From the NCBI RefSeq assembly GCF_965278935.1, contig NZ_OZ257124.1:1831302-1895301 (forward strand): a DNA stretch of 64,000 nt, in the 5' to 3' direction. Of this stretch, positions 28,851 through 37,748 are shown one piece after another. The notes under the pieces are model-generated. The model saw nothing but the letters and a program-made list of their open reading frames with translations, was not told the origin of the DNA and made no database searches. The DNA is from Brevundimonas sp. (GTDB taxonomy: Bacteria > Pseudomonadota > Alphaproteobacteria > Caulobacterales > Caulobacteraceae). Within the stretch, counting starts at the first letter, position 1. The number at the start of each line of letters is the position of its first letter. The position numbers were made by a program, and so were the translations under genes.

Positions 28851-29139
28851 GGACCGGCTGAACGCATTCTTCGCCGAGGCGACGCCGCCCGCGCGCGACT
28901 TCGCTTTTCAGGCCGGGGTGGCCGAGCGCGTCGCTCGCCGGCGGGCTTTCGCCACCGTGGGCGCCCTGATCCCCTCGACCATCGCGGCCATCGTCCTGTG
29001 CTGGGCGGTGGGGCCGATGATGGGGCCGGTGGTCGAGGGGCTGGGCCAGACCCTGGCGCCGGCTGCCGCCATCCTGGGCCTGACGGGTCTGGGTGTTGTC
29101 GTGCTGCTGGCTTCGGCGCGGCGGCTGCGGCGGGCCTAG
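28840..29139 (+). CDS. Small two-TM protein, putative anti-sigma factor (module 1, gene 3)
   Basis: Overlaps the sigma stop; soluble 'EDRLNAFFAEATPPARDFAF' N-terminus then two hydrophobic helices. Confidence 0.7.
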   Translation: MTPEDRLNAFFAEATPPARDFAFQAGVAERVARRRAFATVGALIPSTIAAIVLCWAVGPMMGPVVEGLGQTLAPAAAILGLTGLGVVVLLASARRLRRA

Positions 29140-29657
29140 CCTTCGATGGGGCCGCTCAGATAGCCGAGGCACTCCTGCTTCACCTCGGCGAGCGCCGGAT
29201 CTGTGACGGCGGTGACGGCCGCGACGGCTGTGGCGTTCTCAGTTCCGCTCTCGCAGGTCAGTTCGCTGGCGCCGCCCGTGGCCTTCAGGACGGCCAGGAC
29301 GCCCGGCGCGTTCTTCGTCAGGGCCTGGTAGAGCGCGTCGGACAGGCCTTCACCGTACAGTCCGTCGGCGAGGGGCCGGAAGGCCTGGGCCACCTGGAGC
29401 CACTGGCCGTCGCCGGTCGCGACGCCGGCGGTCACCTTGTCGTAGCCTGAAGGATCGGCCGGGCCGGTCAGGACGGCCAGGGTGTGGCCCGCGCCGTCGG
29501 CGGCGATCAGGTTCAGGACGTGGTCGGCGGTCAGGACCTGGGGCCGGGTCTCGGCTGGAACGACTTCGGTCCCGGTCTCGTCGATCGTGTCCGTTCGGGG
29601 CGAACACCCGGTCGCGAGGACGGCGCACAGGGCGAGCGGCAGAAGGCGGATCGACAT
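29136..29657 (-). CDS. Predicted lipoprotein of unknown function
   Basis: ATG 29657 'MSIRLLPLALCAVLATGC' lipobox; helical mature domain with two Cys. Confidence 0.75.
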   Translation of the reverse strand: MSIRLLPLALCAVLATGCSPRTDTIDETGTEVVPAETRPQVLTADHVLNLIAADGAGHTLAVLTGPADPSGYDKVTAGVATGDGQWLQVAQAFRPLADGLYGEGLSDALYQALTKNAPGVLAVLKATGGASELTCESGTENATAVAAVTAVTDPALAEVKQECLGYLSGPIEG

Positions 29658-29780
29658 AACAAACTCCGGGAGCGCAGGGGCGGACGGGAGGCTAGGAGGG
29701 TCTTCGTCGGTGCGCCAGTGGGCCGGGCAGGGGCCCATCGGGGTCAGACGCCGGGTTACGAAGATTTCATGTCGGAAATC

Positions 29781-29808
29781 GCATCTGTTCAGGCTCGCCG
29801 CAGCCTCT
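29781..29808 (+). promoter_or_regulatory. Putative ECF-sigma promoter of module 2 (-35 GCATCT, 17 nt, -10 CCTCT)
   Basis: GCATCT-gttcaggctcgccgcag-CCTCT about 55 nt upstream of ATG 29864. Confidence 0.5.
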
Positions 29809-29863
29809 TGTGATCAGAAGGCTCGGGCATCAGGCTCGGCCGAGATATTCAAAGGACTGAATA

Positions 29864-30259
29864 ATGGACGGCATGGAAGTACTGATCCCCTTGGCTCCCT
29901 TCATCATGGTCATCGCGATCGTGGTCGTTCCCGCCATCCTCAAGAGCAGGGAACGCAAGGAGATGCAGGCGACGTTGCGCGCGGCCATCGAGAAGGGGCA
30001 GCCCCTGCCGCCCGAGGTCATCGAAGCCCTGTCGAAGGACAACATCAAGGCGCCTGCCACTGCCGCCAAGGACATGCGCGTCGGTGTGATCCTGTTGGCT
30101 GTCAGCATCGGCATCGCCCTGTTCGGATCGGCCTTCAACTTCATTGGTGGTTTCGAGGAAACCAAGGCCGTAGCGCCGATCGTCGGCATCGCTGCGATCC
30201 CCGGCATGATCGGTCTGGCCTTCATCGTCCTGAGCTTCTTCAACAAGAACAAGGACTGA
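29864..30259 (+). CDS. DUF6249-family membrane protein (ECF module 2, gene 1)
   Basis: 'SRERKEMQATLRAAIEKGQPLPPE' between an N-terminal TM and two C-terminal TMs. Confidence 0.8.
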   Translation: MDGMEVLIPLAPFIMVIAIVVVPAILKSRERKEMQATLRAAIEKGQPLPPEVIEALSKDNIKAPATAAKDMRVGVILLAVSIGIALFGSAFNFIGGFEETKAVAPIVGIAAIPGMIGLAFIVLSFFNKNKD

Positions 30260-30284
30260 GTCCGGTACGACAGGGGGAACTGTC

Positions 30285-30848
30285 ATGCCCAAGGCCCTGA
30301 TGGACCATCACGACGTCGAACTCGCCGCCCTTGCGGCGGCGGGTGGACGGCGCGAGTTCGGCGAACTGGTCCGCCGCCACGGCTCGGCCGTGCGGTCCCT
30401 GCTGCGACGCATGGGAGCGCAGGGGTCGGAGGCCGACGATGTCGCGCAGGACGCTTTCCTGCAGGCGTTCGAGAAATGCGCAGAGTTCAGAGGCGAAGGC
30501 ACCTTCGCCGCCTGGGTCAAGCGGATCGCCGCGCGCCTCTATCTGAAGCGCAAGGCGAGGGACGCCCGTTACGTCGCCGAGATCGAGCCGGGGGAGGAAG
30601 AGTCCGCTCCCGCACCCGATCAGGCCGGCCTGATCGACCTGGACGAAGCGCTGAAATCGCTCAGCGAAACGGAACGTCTCTGCGTGTCCCTGTGCCATGG
30701 CGCGGGGCTGTCTCATCCCGAGATCGCCGCCGCCATGAATCTGCCGCTTGGAACGGTGAAGTCTCATGTCAAACGTGGTCTGGATAAACTCCGCGCCCGG
30801 CTTTCGCCGGATGTCGGACAGTCGGGGAGGTCGACCCATGTCGGCTGA
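30285..30848 (+). CDS. ECF RNA polymerase sigma factor (module 2)
   Basis: 'EFGELVRRHG', 'ADDVAQDAFL', 'F.GEGTFAAWV.RIA', region 4 'SHPEIAAAMNLPLGTVKSHVKRG'. Confidence 0.95.
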   Translation: MPKALMDHHDVELAALAAAGGRREFGELVRRHGSAVRSLLRRMGAQGSEADDVAQDAFLQAFEKCAEFRGEGTFAAWVKRIAARLYLKRKARDARYVAEIEPGEEESAPAPDQAGLIDLDEALKSLSETERLCVSLCHGAGLSHPEIAAAMNLPLGTVKSHVKRGLDKLRARLSPDVGQSGRSTHVG

Positions 30849-31257
30849 TGAATTCGATCCGATGATCGAGCGGCTGTTCGCCCGCTCGCCCCAGATGGCC
30901 GACGCGAGCCTGTTCGCCGCCGACGTCGAGACGAAACTGCATTCCTCCAGCCGCGTGCGCACCTTGGCCCTGACGGTCGCCGGCCTGATCGGCGGGGTGA
31001 TCGCGGTGAAGGAATCGATGAACTTGAACCTGCATCTGTCAGACGACCGCGCGCCTGTCGCCGGGCGGGTCATCGGCCAGGGTCTTCAGAACGTCAGCCT
31101 GAACGTCCAGGACGCGGTGGGCTCCGGCCTGTCGCAGCTCGGGCTGGCGAACATGACGATCGGGTCGATGGGAGCGATGCAGATGTTCTGGATCGCCGCC
31201 GGAGCCCTGATCGCGGTGGCCGCCGCAGGCGTGGTCCGGCTGTCGCAGGACGTCTGA
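30838..31257 (+). CDS. Small two-TM protein, putative anti-sigma factor (module 2, gene 3)
   Basis: GGGAGG RBS within the sigma end; 'DEFDPMIERLFARSPQMADASLF' then two TM; parallels 28840..29139. Confidence 0.72.
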   Translation: MSADEFDPMIERLFARSPQMADASLFAADVETKLHSSSRVRTLALTVAGLIGGVIAVKESMNLNLHLSDDRAPVAGRVIGQGLQNVSLNVQDAVGSGLSQLGLANMTIGSMGAMQMFWIAAGALIAVAAAGVVRLSQDV

Positions 31258-31325
31258 GTCAGAGCGTCCGGGTCGACGGGATCGATCCGGACGCCTATCT
31301 CTCCGCCGCTGCCAGCGGAGAGCCT

Positions 31326-32162
31326 ATGTCGAGCCAGAAACAGGACGTCGTGAAACGGATCACGGTTCCGGAGATCACCGCACGCAAGGGCGGGGAGCCG
31401 ATCGTCGTCCTGACCGCCTATGACGCGCCGACGGCCGAGATTCTGGATCCGCACTGCGACGTCCTGCTGGTCGGCGACAGCGTCGGGATGGCGGTGCACG
31501 GCATGTCCTCGACGGTCGGGGTCACGATCGAGATGATGATCCTGCACGGTCAGGCGGTGATGCGGGGCGCGAAACGGGCCCTGGTGGTCATCGACATGCC
31601 GTTCGGAAGCTATGAAGCCGGGGTCGAGCAGGCTTACGCCAACGCCGTCCGGATCCTGAAAGAGACCGGCGCGCAGGCGGTGAAGGTCGAGAGCGGGCCG
31701 GACGTGCCTGCCACCATCGAATATCTGGTCCGACGCGGCGTGCCGGTGATGGGCCACGTCGGCCTGTTGCCGCAGTCCATCAACATCGACGGTTCGTTCA
31801 AGGCCAAGGGGCGGGAGGCGGCGGAGCATGCGCGCATCCTGCAGTCGGCGCATGACACGGCGAACGCCGGCGCCTTCGCGGTGGTCATCGAAGGGACGGC
31901 CGAAGGGCTGGCGCGCGAGATCACCGAAGCGATTGCCAAGCCCACCATCGGCATCGGGGCTTCGGCGGCCTGCGACGGGCAGGTGCTGGTCACGCCGGAC
32001 ATGCTGGGCCTGTTCGACTGGACCCCGAAGTTCGTCCGGAAATACGCCGATCTGCGCGGCGAGATAGGCCGGGCGGTCGAAACCTATGCGGCCGATGTGA
32101 GGGCCCGCCGTTTTCCTGCCGAAGTCGAGACCTACTTCTCGAAAAAGCCGGCTCTGCCGTAG
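31326..32162 (+). CDS. panB: 3-methyl-2-oxobutanoate hydroxymethyltransferase
   Basis: 'LTAYDAP', 'LLVGDS', 'DMPFGSYE', 'PVMGHVGLLPQS', 'IGIGA...DGQVLV'. Confidence 0.97.
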   Translation: MSSQKQDVVKRITVPEITARKGGEPIVVLTAYDAPTAEILDPHCDVLLVGDSVGMAVHGMSSTVGVTIEMMILHGQAVMRGAKRALVVIDMPFGSYEAGVEQAYANAVRILKETGAQAVKVESGPDVPATIEYLVRRGVPVMGHVGLLPQSINIDGSFKAKGREAAEHARILQSAHDTANAGAFAVVIEGTAEGLAREITEAIAKPTIGIGASAACDGQVLVTPDMLGLFDWTPKFVRKYADLRGEIGRAVETYAADVRARRFPAEVETYFSKKPALP

Positions 32163-32259
32163 TCCCCGTCTTGTCTTCAAGAGGCGTTGCGAGGGCGAGG
32201 GCGACCCTCTAGGGTCCGCGCCGATTGGCTTTTCAGCGTTTTTTGGGGCGGCTCCGCTA

Positions 32260-33018
32260 GTGACTGATGTCTTTGAAGAGGTCGAGGAGGACATCCGCTC
32301 CGAACGCCTCAAGCGCCTGGCGCGCAATTGGCTGCCCATCGTGGGCGGGATTCTGCTGGTGGCCCTGGTCGCCGCACTGGCCTGGTGGGGCTGGCAGAGC
32401 TTCCAGACGAGCCGCGCGAACGCAGGCTCCATCGCCTATCAGCGCGGCCTCGAGGCCCTGCAGACCGGCAACTCGGCCGGCGCCGAGACCGCCTTCGCCG
32501 AGGCCGAGAAGTCCGGCAACGGCGCCTACAAGGCTCTGGCCCTGCAGCAGCGCGCCGGCCTGGCCGTCGCCGCCAACCGCATTCCGGACGCCATCCAGCT
32601 GTTCGACGAGGCCGCCAAGGCTTCGGGCGATCCGCTCCTGCACGACACCGCCGTCTACAAGTCGGCCCTGCTGATGATGGACAACGGCGGGACCCTCGAA
32701 GCGCTGGAAGCGAAGCTGGAGCCCCTGACCAAGGAAGGCCGGCCGATGCTGCCCTTCGCCCAGGAAGCCCTCGGCATGACCCGCCTGCAGTTCAACAAGC
32801 CCGCCGAGGCGCGCGAAATGTTCGTGCTGCTGACGCTCGGCCAGGACGTGCCTGATTCGGTCCGTCAGCGTGCCCAGGCCGCCATTGGCATGATCGACAC
32901 GGGCGTCGCCGCAGGCCTGCCGGCCATCGTCGCGGCCCAGTCGGTCACCCCGCCGGCCGCTCCGCCGGCCCCGAGCCCTGAACAACTCGCTCAGGCCGCC
33001 CAGGCCGCCCAACAGTGA
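32260..33018 (+). CDS. YfgM-like / TPR-like membrane-anchored ancillary protein
   Basis: 'DVFEEVEEDIRSERL' then one TM and a helical periplasmic domain; upstream of bamB-der. Confidence 0.85.
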   Translation: MTDVFEEVEEDIRSERLKRLARNWLPIVGGILLVALVAALAWWGWQSFQTSRANAGSIAYQRGLEALQTGNSAGAETAFAEAEKSGNGAYKALALQQRAGLAVAANRIPDAIQLFDEAAKASGDPLLHDTAVYKSALLMMDNGGTLEALEAKLEPLTKEGRPMLPFAQEALGMTRLQFNKPAEAREMFVLLTLGQDVPDSVRQRAQAAIGMIDTGVAAGLPAIVAAQSVTPPAAPPAPSPEQLAQAAQAAQQ

Positions 33019-33047
33019 AGACCCGCCTGATGACGACCGGAGTTCGG

Positions 33048-34499
33048 ATGACGACCGTGACGCGCGTACTGAAGACCGCCATCGTCCTGGGGCTGGCCGC
33101 CTCTCTGGCGTCCTGCGCCTCGGCCCGGCGCATCCTGCCGTTCGGTCTGGGCGAGGACAAGGAACCCCAGGCCACGGCGAGCGAGGGGCAGCGGATCTCG
33201 ATCCTGTCGTTCGAGCAGCAACTGGCTCCCTCGGCCGGTCTGGCCGGGCGCGACTTCTTCATCCCGGGCCCCGTGGCCGCGACCTCCTGGCCGATGCCGG
33301 GCGGAAACGCCGAGGCCTCGATCGAGCATGTGATTGCCGCGCCGCAGTTCACCATCGGCTGGCGTCGCCGCATCGGCGAAGGCTCCGCCCGCACGCGTCA
33401 GGTGATGGCGCCGGTCGTGGCCGACGCGGGCAAGGTCTTCGTCATGGACGGCGAATCGACCGTCACGGCCGTGGATGCCGCGACGGGCGATGTGGTCTGG
33501 AAGGCCGATGTGAAGCCGACCGGTCGGGAAGCGGCCGGCGGGGTTTCCGCCTTCGGTCTGCCGATCCCCTTCGTCACCCAGGGCGGCGGCTCGCTGAGCG
33601 GGGGATTCGGCGGCGGCGTGGCCGTCGGCGGGGGCAAGGTCTTCGTCGCCTCGGGCTACCGTACCATGACGGCGCTGGACGCCGCGACGGGCGCCGTCGT
33701 CTGGACACAGCCGGTCGATGTGCCGATCCACGGCGCGCCGACGGTCGCGGGCAACCGCGTCTACGTCGTCGACGTCGACAACCAGATCATTGCCTTCAAC
33801 ACCACGACCGGCCTGCAGGACTGGTCGTATCGCGGCATCGTCGAGCCGGCCCGCGTCCTGCGCGCGTCGAGCCCCTCGGTGAGCGGCGACACGGTCATCG
33901 CGCCCTTCTCTTCGGGTGAGGTCGTCGCCCTGCGCGCCTCCAACGGCCAGCCCGTCTGGAACCAGGTGCTCTCGCGCACCAGCCGCACCAGCGCCCTGTC
34001 GGAGATCCGCGACATCGCCGGTCGTCCGGTGATCTCGCGCGGCTTCGTCTATGCCGTCAGCCACTCCGGCGTGCTGCAGGCCATGGACATCCGCACTGGC
34101 CAGCCGAAGTGGACCCTGCCGGTCGCGGGCGTTAACGCGCCCTTGCCGGCCGGCGACGTCGTCTATGTCGTGTCCAAGGCGGGGGAACTGACCCTGGTCA
34201 ACCGCGACTCGGGCGCCGTCTACTGGACGCGCGACCTGAACGAGGGGCGGGTGCGTCAGGTGGGCGGCTTCCTGGGCTTCTTCGACCGCACCGTGCGGCC
34301 GGAATGGTCGGGTCCGATCCTGGCGTCGAACCGGCTGGTTCTGGTCAATTCGGATGGCGAGGCCGTGGCCTTCGATCCGAAGACCGGCGCCTTGCAGCAG
34401 ACCCTGAACCTCGGCGCCCCGGTCTATATCGCGCCGGCGGCTTATAACGGCGCCCTGCTGGTGCTGACCAACAACGGCGAACTGATCAGCATTCGCTGA
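33048..34499 (+). CDS. bamB: BamB-like PQQ-repeat beta-propeller lipoprotein
   Basis: Lipobox 'LAASLASC', repeated 'A.DA.TG..VW' blades; yfgM-bamB-der synteny. Confidence 0.85.
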   Translation: MTTVTRVLKTAIVLGLAASLASCASARRILPFGLGEDKEPQATASEGQRISILSFEQQLAPSAGLAGRDFFIPGPVAATSWPMPGGNAEASIEHVIAAPQFTIGWRRRIGEGSARTRQVMAPVVADAGKVFVMDGESTVTAVDAATGDVVWKADVKPTGREAAGGVSAFGLPIPFVTQGGGSLSGGFGGGVAVGGGKVFVASGYRTMTALDAATGAVVWTQPVDVPIHGAPTVAGNRVYVVDVDNQIIAFNTTTGLQDWSYRGIVEPARVLRASSPSVSGDTVIAPFSSGEVVALRASNGQPVWNQVLSRTSRTSALSEIRDIAGRPVISRGFVYAVSHSGVLQAMDIRTGQPKWTLPVAGVNAPLPAGDVVYVVSKAGELTLVNRDSGAVYWTRDLNEGRVRQVGGFLGFFDRTVRPEWSGPILASNRLVLVNSDGEAVAFDPKTGALQQTLNLGAPVYIAPAAYNGALLVLTNNGELISIR

Positions 34500-34531
34500 G
34501 CAGAATCCACGAATTGCGTTAGAAGGCCGAC

Positions 34532-36145
34532 ATGGCACTGAAGCTCGCCATCGTCGGCCGCCCCAATGTGGGCAAGTCGACACTGTTTAACAGGCTGGTC
34601 GGCAAGCGCCTCGCGCTCGTCGACGATCGCCCGGGCGTGACCCGTGACCGTCGTTATGCCGACGGCAATCTCGGCGATATGGACCTGACGCTGATCGACA
34701 CGGCGGGCTACGAGGACGTCACCGACGACAGCCTGGAAAGCCGGATGCGCGAGCAGACCGAGCTGGCGATCGAGGACGGCGACGTCATCCTGTTCATGAT
34801 GGACGCCCGCGAAGGCGTGACCTCGCTTGACGAGATCTTCGCCGAACGCCTGCGTCATCAGTCCAAGCCGGTCATCCTGCTGGCCAACAAGTCCGAGAGC
34901 CGCGAAAGCGGCGGCGGCGTGGGCGAGGCCTACTCCCTGGGCTTCGGCGAGCCGGTGGCCATCTCCGCCGAGCACGGCGAGGGAATGGCGGACCTTTACG
35001 CCGCCCTGGTCACGGCCAGCGCCGACATCTTCATCGAAGAGATCGACGAACCCGACAAGCCGATCCGTATCGCCATCATCGGTCGTCCGAACGCCGGAAA
35101 GTCGACCCTGATCAACCGCCTGATCGGCGAGGATCGTCTCCTGACCGGTCCCGAGGCGGGGATCACGCGGGACTCTATCTCGGTCGACTGGGAATACGAG
35201 CGCCAGAACATCCGTCTGGTCGACACGGCCGGGATGCGTCGCAAGGCCCGCGTGCAGGAGAAGCTGGAGAAGCTGTCGGTCGCCGACACCATTCGCGCCA
35301 TCACCTTCGCCGAGGTCGTGGTCCTGGTCATGGACAAGGACAACGCCTTCGACGTGCAGGACCTGCAGTTGGCCGACCTGGTCGAGCGCGAGGGCAGAGC
35401 CCTGGTCTATGTCGCGGCCAAGTGGGACCTCGAGGAGGAACCGCAGGCCAAGATGGCCGAGCTCAAGCGGCTGGCCGAGGACAAGCTGCCGCAACTGAAG
35501 GGTTCGCCGTTCGTGGCCCTGTCGGCCCACTCGGGGCGCGGCGTCGAGCGGCTGATGCCGGCCGTGCTGAAGGCGCACGAGACCTGGTCGGTAAAGGTCA
35601 AGACCAAGGACCTGAACGACTGGCTGTCCCTGGCGACCCAGAGGCACCCGCCGCCCGCCGTCGACGGCAAGCGGATCAAGACCAAATACATGGCCCAGAC
35701 CAAGGCCCGTCCGCCCACCTTCGTGCTGTTCGCCAGCCGGGGCGGCAACCTGCCGGACCACTACATCCGCTATCTGACCAACTCGATCCGCGAGAGCTTC
35801 GACCTGCCCGGCGTGCCGATCCGGCTCACGGTCAAGGGCGGGTCGGAGAACCCCTATGCGACCGGCGGCGCCAAGTCGGGGCCGGAACGCTACAAGGGCG
35901 ACGCCAAGACCGCGCCGCGTGCGGTCCGCAAGAAGGCCGAGGAAGAAAGCCACCTGCCCGGAAAGGCGCTGGAGCAGAAGAAGACCCGCGTCGCCAAGCC
36001 GCGGATCATCGGCGCAGTGAAGAACAGCGCGTCGAAGAAGGCCGGTTCATCCGTGGCGATCCAGAAGGGCGCGCGCGGCGGGGCGAGGCAGGTGTCGCGG
36101 TCGGGTCGGGTGCGGACCGGGCAGAAGCACGCGCCGAAAAAGTAG
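34532..36145 (+). CDS. der: Ribosome biogenesis GTPase Der (EngA) with long basic C-terminal tail
   Basis: Two G domains ('GRPNVGKST', 'GRPNAGKST', DTAG twice) plus KH-like 'RPPTF' domain. Confidence 0.97.
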   Translation: MALKLAIVGRPNVGKSTLFNRLVGKRLALVDDRPGVTRDRRYADGNLGDMDLTLIDTAGYEDVTDDSLESRMREQTELAIEDGDVILFMMDAREGVTSLDEIFAERLRHQSKPVILLANKSESRESGGGVGEAYSLGFGEPVAISAEHGEGMADLYAALVTASADIFIEEIDEPDKPIRIAIIGRPNAGKSTLINRLIGEDRLLTGPEAGITRDSISVDWEYERQNIRLVDTAGMRRKARVQEKLEKLSVADTIRAITFAEVVVLVMDKDNAFDVQDLQLADLVEREGRALVYVAAKWDLEEEPQAKMAELKRLAEDKLPQLKGSPFVALSAHSGRGVERLMPAVLKAHETWSVKVKTKDLNDWLSLATQRHPPPAVDGKRIKTKYMAQTKARPPTFVLFASRGGNLPDHYIRYLTNSIRESFDLPGVPIRLTVKGGSENPYATGGAKSGPERYKGDAKTAPRAVRKKAEEESHLPGKALEQKKTRVAKPRIIGAVKNSASKKAGSSVAIQKGARGGARQVSRSGRVRTGQKHAPKK

Positions 36146-36155
36146 GGAGACGACG

Positions 36156-36806
36156 ATGACGCGGGGTATGGCGATGCTGCTGACCCTGCTGGTTCTCGCA
36201 TCAGCCCTGTTCGCCGGTTGGTACAGCACTCGGCAGACTGACTATTTTCCGGAGAGGCTTATGGGCCTCCAAAACGATTGCCGATTTTATAACGGCCAGG
36301 TCGAACGACAGACCGTGCAAGACGAATTCTATGGCGAGTGGTTTGGAGGCGAGCTGGCTGATTTCCAGGAACCTTCCCTCTACCACCGTCCGATTACGGC
36401 GCTGCGTTCCGTGCGGTTCCTTTGGTTGAGGAGTTTTCATGACCCGATCGTGGTTAGGATCGATGACTTACCGGACGGTAGCAAACAACTGACGGCCAAG
36501 AGACGGCCGGGCGGGGCAGGTTTCACGGAGGATGGCACGCCGAGCATCGCCGCCGAGCGGGTTCGGCGGATGGGCACCCTTGAAATCGATCAGTTCGAGA
36601 CCGCCTTTCGGGAGGCTGCTCTGCTAGATCAGCCCGATGCCGGTTGTTCCTGCTGCGTCGACGGCGCTCAATGGATCATCGAAGTTAGCGATCCAGAGCG
36701 AGGGTATCGCTACCGAAGATACCAGTCTCCTGAAGAGGGGATTGAACGCGAGGTTGGTCTGGCAATGCTGAAGCTGACCAGTTGGGATGTCGAACCTATC
36801 TATTGA
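36156..36806 (+). CDS. Hypothetical exported/membrane-anchored protein with atypical, lower-GC codon usage
   Basis: GGGAG RBS; N-terminal hydrophobic segment; 'EPSL...RFLWLRSFHDPIVVRID...DGAQWIIE'; many A/T-ending codons. Confidence 0.75.
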   Translation: MTRGMAMLLTLLVLASALFAGWYSTRQTDYFPERLMGLQNDCRFYNGQVERQTVQDEFYGEWFGGELADFQEPSLYHRPITALRSVRFLWLRSFHDPIVVRIDDLPDGSKQLTAKRRPGGAGFTEDGTPSIAAERVRRMGTLEIDQFETAFREAALLDQPDAGCSCCVDGAQWIIEVSDPERGYRYRRYQSPEEGIEREVGLAMLKLTSWDVEPIY

Positions 36807-36904
36807 TCCACGCTCTCGCATGAAACCAAAGGTGACGAGATTGGTCAGGCCGCTTTTGCGAGAGCGATGATAGGGTGAGGCTTCCCTCAGTCAGGAGCTT
36901 CCCC

Positions 36905-37729
36905 ATGCCGATGATCACCACCGCCGAAAACGTCGAGATCTTCTACAAGGACTGGGGGACGGGACAGCCGATCGTCTTCTCCCACGGCTGGCCGCTGTCG
37001 GCGGACGACTGGGACACGCAGATGCTGTTCTTCCTGCACAAGGGGTTCCGCGTCATCGCCCATGACCGGCGCGGGCACGGCCGCTCGACCCAGACGGCGG
37101 CCGGCAACGAGATGGACACCTATGCCGACGACCTGAAGGTGCTGTTCGAGGCGCTGGACCTCAAGGACGCGGTGATGATCGGCCACTCGACCGGCGGCGG
37201 CGAGGTCGCCCGCTTCCTGGGGCGTCATGGCACGTCGCGGGTGTCGAAGGCCGTGCTGATGGGGGCGGTGCCGCCGATCATGGTCAAGTCCGACGCCAAT
37301 CCGGGCGGCCTGCCGATCGAGGTGTTCGACGGCTTCCGCGCGGCCTTGGCCGCCAATCGGGCCCAGTTTTACGTCGATGTGCCAACGGGTCCGTTCTACG
37401 GCTTCAACCGGCCGGGCGCGAAGGTGGATCAGGGCGTGATCGACAACTGGTGGCGTCAGGGGATGATGGGCGGGACCAAGGCCCACTGGGACTGCATCAA
37501 GGCCTTCTCGGAGACGGACTTCACCGAGGACCTGAAGTCGATCGACATCCCGGTGTTGGTCCTGCACGGCGACGACGACCAGATCGTGCCGATCGCCGAC
37601 TCGGCGATGATCTCGTCCACTTTGTTGCCCAAGGGCGTGCTGAAGGTGCTGCCGGGTCTGCCGCACGGGATGGCGACGACGCATGCCGATCAGGTCAACG
37701 CCGAACTGCTGGCCTTCATCGAAGGCTGA
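36905..37729 (+). CDS. Non-heme haloperoxidase-like alpha/beta hydrolase
   Basis: '[12 protein letters not shown]', '[10 protein letters not shown]', 'GHSTGGGE' nucleophile elbow, 'HGDDDQIVP', 'PHG'. Confidence 0.92.
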   Translation: MPMITTAENVEIFYKDWGTGQPIVFSHGWPLSADDWDTQMLFFLHKGFRVIAHDRRGHGRSTQTAAGNEMDTYADDLKVLFEALDLKDAVMIGHSTGGGEVARFLGRHGTSRVSKAVLMGAVPPIMVKSDANPGGLPIEVFDGFRAALAANRAQFYVDVPTGPFYGFNRPGAKVDQGVIDNWWRQGMMGGTKAHWDCIKAFSETDFTEDLKSIDIPVLVLHGDDDQIVPIADSAMISSTLLPKGVLKVLPGLPHGMATTHADQVNAELLAFIEG

Positions 37730-37748
37730 CGACCGTGGCCGCCGGCGC

